DNA of 63,607 nucleotides from Candidatus Bathyarchaeia archaeon (GTDB lineage Archaea; Thermoproteota; Bathyarchaeia; Bathyarchaeales; Bathycorpusculaceae): NCBI GenBank assembly GCA_049969855.1, contig JBMFOB010000006.1, positions 1 to 63,607 of the forward strand, read 5' to 3'. Shown piece by piece: positions 59,722 to 63,607 of this stretch (position 1 is its first letter; each line of letters starts with the position of its first letter). The notes under the pieces were generated by a model. It saw only the letters and a program-made list of their open reading frames with translations, ran no database searches and was not told where the DNA came from. The position numbers and the translations under genes were made by a program.

Positions 59722-61125
59722 TTAGCAATTATCTTTAGAGAGGGTTAAATCTTTTCTTCTGATAGGTTTTACTATGAGAAAGAGCCCTTCCATGTCAACG
59801 ACTTCAACTTCTTCGCCTTTATTTATCCATTCATCCTTCGATTTAGCCTGCCAAATTTCACCTACAACTCTTATTTCGCCTTTAGGGTTAAGATCGCTTA
59901 ACGCGACGCCTCTTGCCCCGATCAGCGCCTCCTTGCCCGTTCTAACCTTAGCTAACCTCGCCTTTGCTGCTTTATAAACAATGACAGAGAAAAGAGATGC
60001 CATCGCTACACCCGTTATTACGAGCACTTCTTGGATTTGCTGGATCACTCCGTAATAAATAAGCCATTGAGGTGATGGAAATAAGAGTAAACTCGCGATA
60101 ACAATGCAGATTCCTCCGCTTAAAGCTAACACGCCTATATGTGTCTTTAACTCTGCAATAATTAAACACGCTCCTACAGCGAATAATACAATAGCACCCA
60201 ATGGTATCCCTATAACCCCAAAGGCAATTAAAGCTAGAACAAGGCATATGGCGCCCGTGATTTCAGCGCCATAACCTGGGGTTTTAATACCGATGAACAG
60301 AAGGAAAATACCAACAATCAACAACAATGAACTGACCAACGGGTTAAATAAAATGCTTATTAAAAATATTTGGATTCCTGGTGTATACTCGACTATGTTG
60401 GCTTCGCTAATATCACTGAAAGAAAATTTGTAAGAATAATTTTGAGCTTCAGTGTTTGGAACAAGCTTCCACACACTAGAGCCAAACGAATTTTCGAAAC
60501 GAACAACCGTCAAGGGTTCTAGCCTTTCCAATAATGTGTTGATATCATCTGCTACTAGTTCTATGACATGAAATTGTAGGGCTTCTTCAGGACTCAAATT
60601 AGCATTTTCAGTTACGAGAAGTCCTGCCATGGTCTGGTTTCTATCATGTAGTGCTGCGTGGTTTTCCATCAACGCTGTCATCGCATTTACATATTTTGAT
60701 TGACTGATGGGCTCTCCAGTTGACAAAACTGGTTGGCATGAGCCTATAGTTGTTCCAGAAGCCATGACGGCGATGTGAGAAGCCATTAAAACATATGTTC
60801 CTCCACTCCATGCAGTTGCCCCCGGCGGATAAACAAAACAGCAAACTGGAATGCTAGAATTGTCAAAAAGATTCATGATATCCTTTACCGCATCCACCTC
60901 ACCTCCAGGAGTGTTCAACATCACCATTACTAAGCGGGCTTGATTAACCTCCGCCAACCTTAATGCGTCTTTCATCATCATTGCCGTTGCAAGAGTTATC
61001 TCGCCATTCACGTTGACTTTTAGGACAACATTGGCGTCGTCTGAACTGTTCGCCAAGCCAACGCTCAGTCCCATTATTAATACAAATGGGACAAATGTTA
61101 AAATCAATTTTTTAAGCAAGTTCAA
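59722..61125 (-). CDS. NfeD family membrane-bound serine protease
   Basis: NTPGG, SGGTY, IGSCQP, TM domain, C-terminal OB fold GEIWQA; adjacent to slipin. Confidence 0.9.
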   Translation of the reverse strand: MNLLKKLILTFVPFVLIMGLSVGLANSSDDANVVLKVNVNGEITLATAMMMKDALRLAEVNQARLVMVMLNTPGGEVDAVKDIMNLFDNSSIPVCCFVYPPGATAWSGGTYVLMASHIAVMASGTTIGSCQPVLSTGEPISQSKYVNAMTALMENHAALHDRNQTMAGLLVTENANLSPEEALQFHVIELVADDINTLLERLEPLTVVRFENSFGSSVWKLVPNTEAQNYSYKFSFSDISEANIVEYTPGIQIFLISILFNPLVSSLLLIVGIFLLFIGIKTPGYGAEITGAICLVLALIAFGVIGIPLGAIVLFAVGACLIIAELKTHIGVLALSGGICIVIASLLLFPSPQWLIYYGVIQQIQEVLVITGVAMASLFSVIVYKAAKARLAKVRTGKEALIGARGVALSDLNPKGEIRVVGEIWQAKSKDEWINKGEEVEVVDMEGLFLIVKPIRRKDLTLSKDNC

Positions 61126-61503
61126 ACCCTATCAAATATTACATTTTTCGAAAGAAATAAGCGCATCGGACAACTTTGGGCACTTAAATAAGAGCTCAAA
61201 AAGCACAAAGATGTTTTATCACCAGCCATGTTTAATCGTAGAAAGGAGGAGCCGATTCTTTCTTTCATTTTTACGTTTTTCAGTTCTTTTGAACTTGGCA
61301 ATTTTGACAACGTTGCCTCTTATAGACCTTCCCTCAACTTTTCTATATCTCTATTATTTAGGGTTTTGAGCTTGTTCATAACGTATTTTTCGCTTCTAAG
61401 CAATTGAACATTGAAGTCGAGACATCTGAGGTTTTCCATAATGGCCAAGGCTTCTTTTGTTAAGAGACACTGACAAATGTGTGTGTTGTTTGGTATTTAG
61501 GTT

Positions 61504-62199
61504 TTAGACGAGTAGGGCGGCTATTATTCCGCTTAGGAAGATTCCGTCGAATGTTCCTGCTCCGCCTATGCTTGCTATTTTTGCTCCAAGTTTTGGAATT
61601 TTATGCAGGTTAGTTATGTCTGCTCCTATTAGTGTGCCAATCACCCCAGAAACATAAGCCACTATGGTGGGTGCGTTGGAGGGCAGAATGTAGGCTGCTA
61701 ACGTTGCTGTTAACGGTGGAATGAAAGCTGGTGTGGCTATGCCTAGTCCTTTAACTGGTTTGGCAACCAAATGCGTTATTGTTGCAACAATTGCTATTCC
61801 AATTAAAGCGTAGAGTGCGGCTGATGGCAGTTTCCAGAGCAGGTAGAGGGATACTAATGTGGGGATTATTGCGCCGCCCATGTTTATGGCGACAAGCGTG
61901 GTTGTTTCTCCATACTCAAACTGTGGAACCCTAAAGACTATGCCTAAAAAGCTTACGTATTCCTCTTTGACTATTGGAATCACAGCCTTAAGCTTCAACA
62001 ATGGAATGTTTACATAACTTCCAAAAAAGGTAGCCGCCAAAATAAGCACGGTCACTTGCGAGCTGAAGCCAACTTGGCGAAAGGCAAGATCCACAACGCC
62101 AACAAAAATTAAGCCGACGACTAAAACAAGAAACAAGAACAAAATTACAAAAACGCCATAACTGTGAGGGCAATAAATGGTTTTCTTGCTCAATAACAT
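61504..62199 (-). CDS. DUF1614 membrane protein
   Basis: GSYVNIP, NMGGAIIP, GTLIGAD, SIGGAGTFDGIF. Confidence 0.88.
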   Translation of the reverse strand: MLLSKKTIYCPHSYGVFVILFLFLVLVVGLIFVGVVDLAFRQVGFSSQVTVLILAATFFGSYVNIPLLKLKAVIPIVKEEYVSFLGIVFRVPQFEYGETTTLVAINMGGAIIPTLVSLYLLWKLPSAALYALIGIAIVATITHLVAKPVKGLGIATPAFIPPLTATLAAYILPSNAPTIVAYVSGVIGTLIGADITNLHKIPKLGAKIASIGGAGTFDGIFLSGIIAALLV

Positions 62200-62260
62200 A
62201 TCCTCAATGCAAAATTAAACGGTTCGAAAGGACTCATAAATATGTTGCTTCTCTGTCAAA

Positions 62261-63259
62261 TTATAAGCCTATACTGTTGATTACGCCGCCCGAGTTGCCG
62301 TCTATTACTAGGATTATTTTATTACCCTTGTGACTAAATTGGGCGAACCATATTGGCGCATAGAGCAGCTCAGTTTCTGTAACATCAACATCTGTGTGAA
62401 GTTGCTGGATCATATGATACTGGGCATGCGCCTTCTCCGATTGTAGTTGGTCCGCGAGAGCTTTCGCTTGATATTTTGCTGCTTCTTCTCCTACGTCTCC
62501 GTTTAGGATTTTTACGCCTTTTGGAATTTTGGAAACATCAAATAACGTCCGCTCATGCAGGTTGAATTGATAACTTTTTGGCTGATACTCGTTAAACGCT
62601 TTGACAGCTACTATGGCCAAGTTGTAATTGTTGTTCATTTGATATGCCCTTTGCGCACCTGCTTGGCCGGGTCCCATCATTGTGCCAAGCATTGCTCCTG
62701 CAAGTAGAGGACCGGCTATTCCTACTCCGCGTCTTCTGCCACTCATGGCTGAGCCCATAACGCCGAAAAGAGCAGCAGTGGTCGCTATTTCCCCAACTTG
62801 GACTGCAACATCGCTTGCGACAATTGAGCTTCTTGCCGACACTGAGACTATCCAGTATGGAACATAGCTCAAATTCATTTCCTCAAGCATTGAATCTTCG
62901 TAAAGATGCCTACGCAGTAGCCCTCTGTCCATTAAGCTGCGAATCTCAGCAGATACTTTATCCTGTTCTGCCAGTTTAAGCGGCAGCATAGTCTGCTTAC
63001 TTATGCTTCTCCAACCTTCGCTTCCCAATATTACAGCGGTTCCACAGTACTCGCAACTTATGACCATCTCACCGAATTTCGGCGTAATCGGAGCGCCACA
63101 ATGGGGACACCTAAGCGACTTAGCTTCTAAAGAAGCTATAACTGGCGTTGATGGAGCCTGCGGCGCAGATTGAGCAGAAATCCTAGCTCCACACTTCATA
63201 CAGAATACTGCATCGTCTGGAAGTTGCGCACCACACTTAGGACAATACAAAGTCACCAC
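62261..63259 (-). CDS. Multi zinc-ribbon domain protein
   Basis: CPKCG..FCMKCG, CPHCG..CEYCG, YVPYW, LYAPIW. Confidence 0.75.
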   Translation of the reverse strand: MVTLYCPKCGAQLPDDAVFCMKCGARISAQSAPQAPSTPVIASLEAKSLRCPHCGAPITPKFGEMVISCEYCGTAVILGSEGWRSISKQTMLPLKLAEQDKVSAEIRSLMDRGLLRRHLYEDSMLEEMNLSYVPYWIVSVSARSSIVASDVAVQVGEIATTAALFGVMGSAMSGRRRGVGIAGPLLAGAMLGTMMGPGQAGAQRAYQMNNNYNLAIVAVKAFNEYQPKSYQFNLHERTLFDVSKIPKGVKILNGDVGEEAAKYQAKALADQLQSEKAHAQYHMIQQLHTDVDVTETELLYAPIWFAQFSHKGNKIILVIDGNSGGVINSIGL

Positions 63260-63262
63260 ACC

Positions 63263-63607
63263 TTACTTTTTCCCTTTTCTTTTCTTTCGCCGAAGCTTGT
63301 TGACAATGTCGACTTGCTCTGTGGGGAAATAATATGGAAACGTTACATAGGAGCTTGGAGGGACACTGTTCGGTTTTCTCTTTATTTTTCTTTTAGCCCT
63401 TTTTTGCATTATGCGCTCTTTGATTTCATGGTCTTTCGCTTTTTGGATTAACTGATTGAGCTTATCCACGAATTCCTCTGCATGTTTCTTTTCCAGCGTA
63501 ATAACGATATGTCGGTGATGTGGAAGGTTTATCGTTACTTTTCCCGTTTCATCCATGTGCACCGAGTCTATGTCGTTTAGGCGTATGTGCAATGGAACAA
63601 ATATGCC
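63263..63607 (-). CDS. Hypothetical protein (5' end outside the window)
   Basis: Open frame reaching the window end. Confidence 0.5.
   Translation of the reverse strand, partial: GIFVPLHIRLNDIDSVHMDETGKVTINLPHHRHIVITLEKKHAEEFVDKLNQLIQKAKDHEIKERIMQKRAKRKIKRKPNSVPPSSYVTFPYYFPTEQVDIVNKLRRKKRKGKK

Noticed and set aside
1-63607. CRISPR array, cas genes, rRNA or IS transposase
   Set aside because: No regularly spaced repeats, rRNA-like stretch or transposase motif was noticed.

Overview
Archaeal chromosomal window. Gene content (aIF-2beta, aIF-1A, Rio1, Dim2, L35Ae, LonB, TrmI, Fae domain, methanogenesis marker 8) and style are most consistent with Bathyarchaeia; this is an inference. Most genes are housekeeping or metabolic, plus tRNA-His(GUG). 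Three accessory regions stand out. (1) A ~3.95 kb integrated element (11839-15809) bounded by an 18-bp direct repeat. It has an SSV-type split tyrosine integrase and a spindle-virus VP1-like capsid protein, appears to be inserted in a box C/D sRNA-like gene rather than a tRNA, and carries its own C/D-box motif. (2) A restriction-modification-like island (42453-45301) frameshifted at an A9 tract. (3) A cassette (53829-57265) with two PadR regulators, a degenerate polyprenyl-synthase-fold enzyme, an unannotated 16-aa Trp-containing peptide ORF and an MFS-like membrane protein; this resembles a ComQ/ComX-type prenylated-peptide signalling system. A DapA-Fae fusion gene is also notable. All protein calls come from motif recognition only; no database searches were run.
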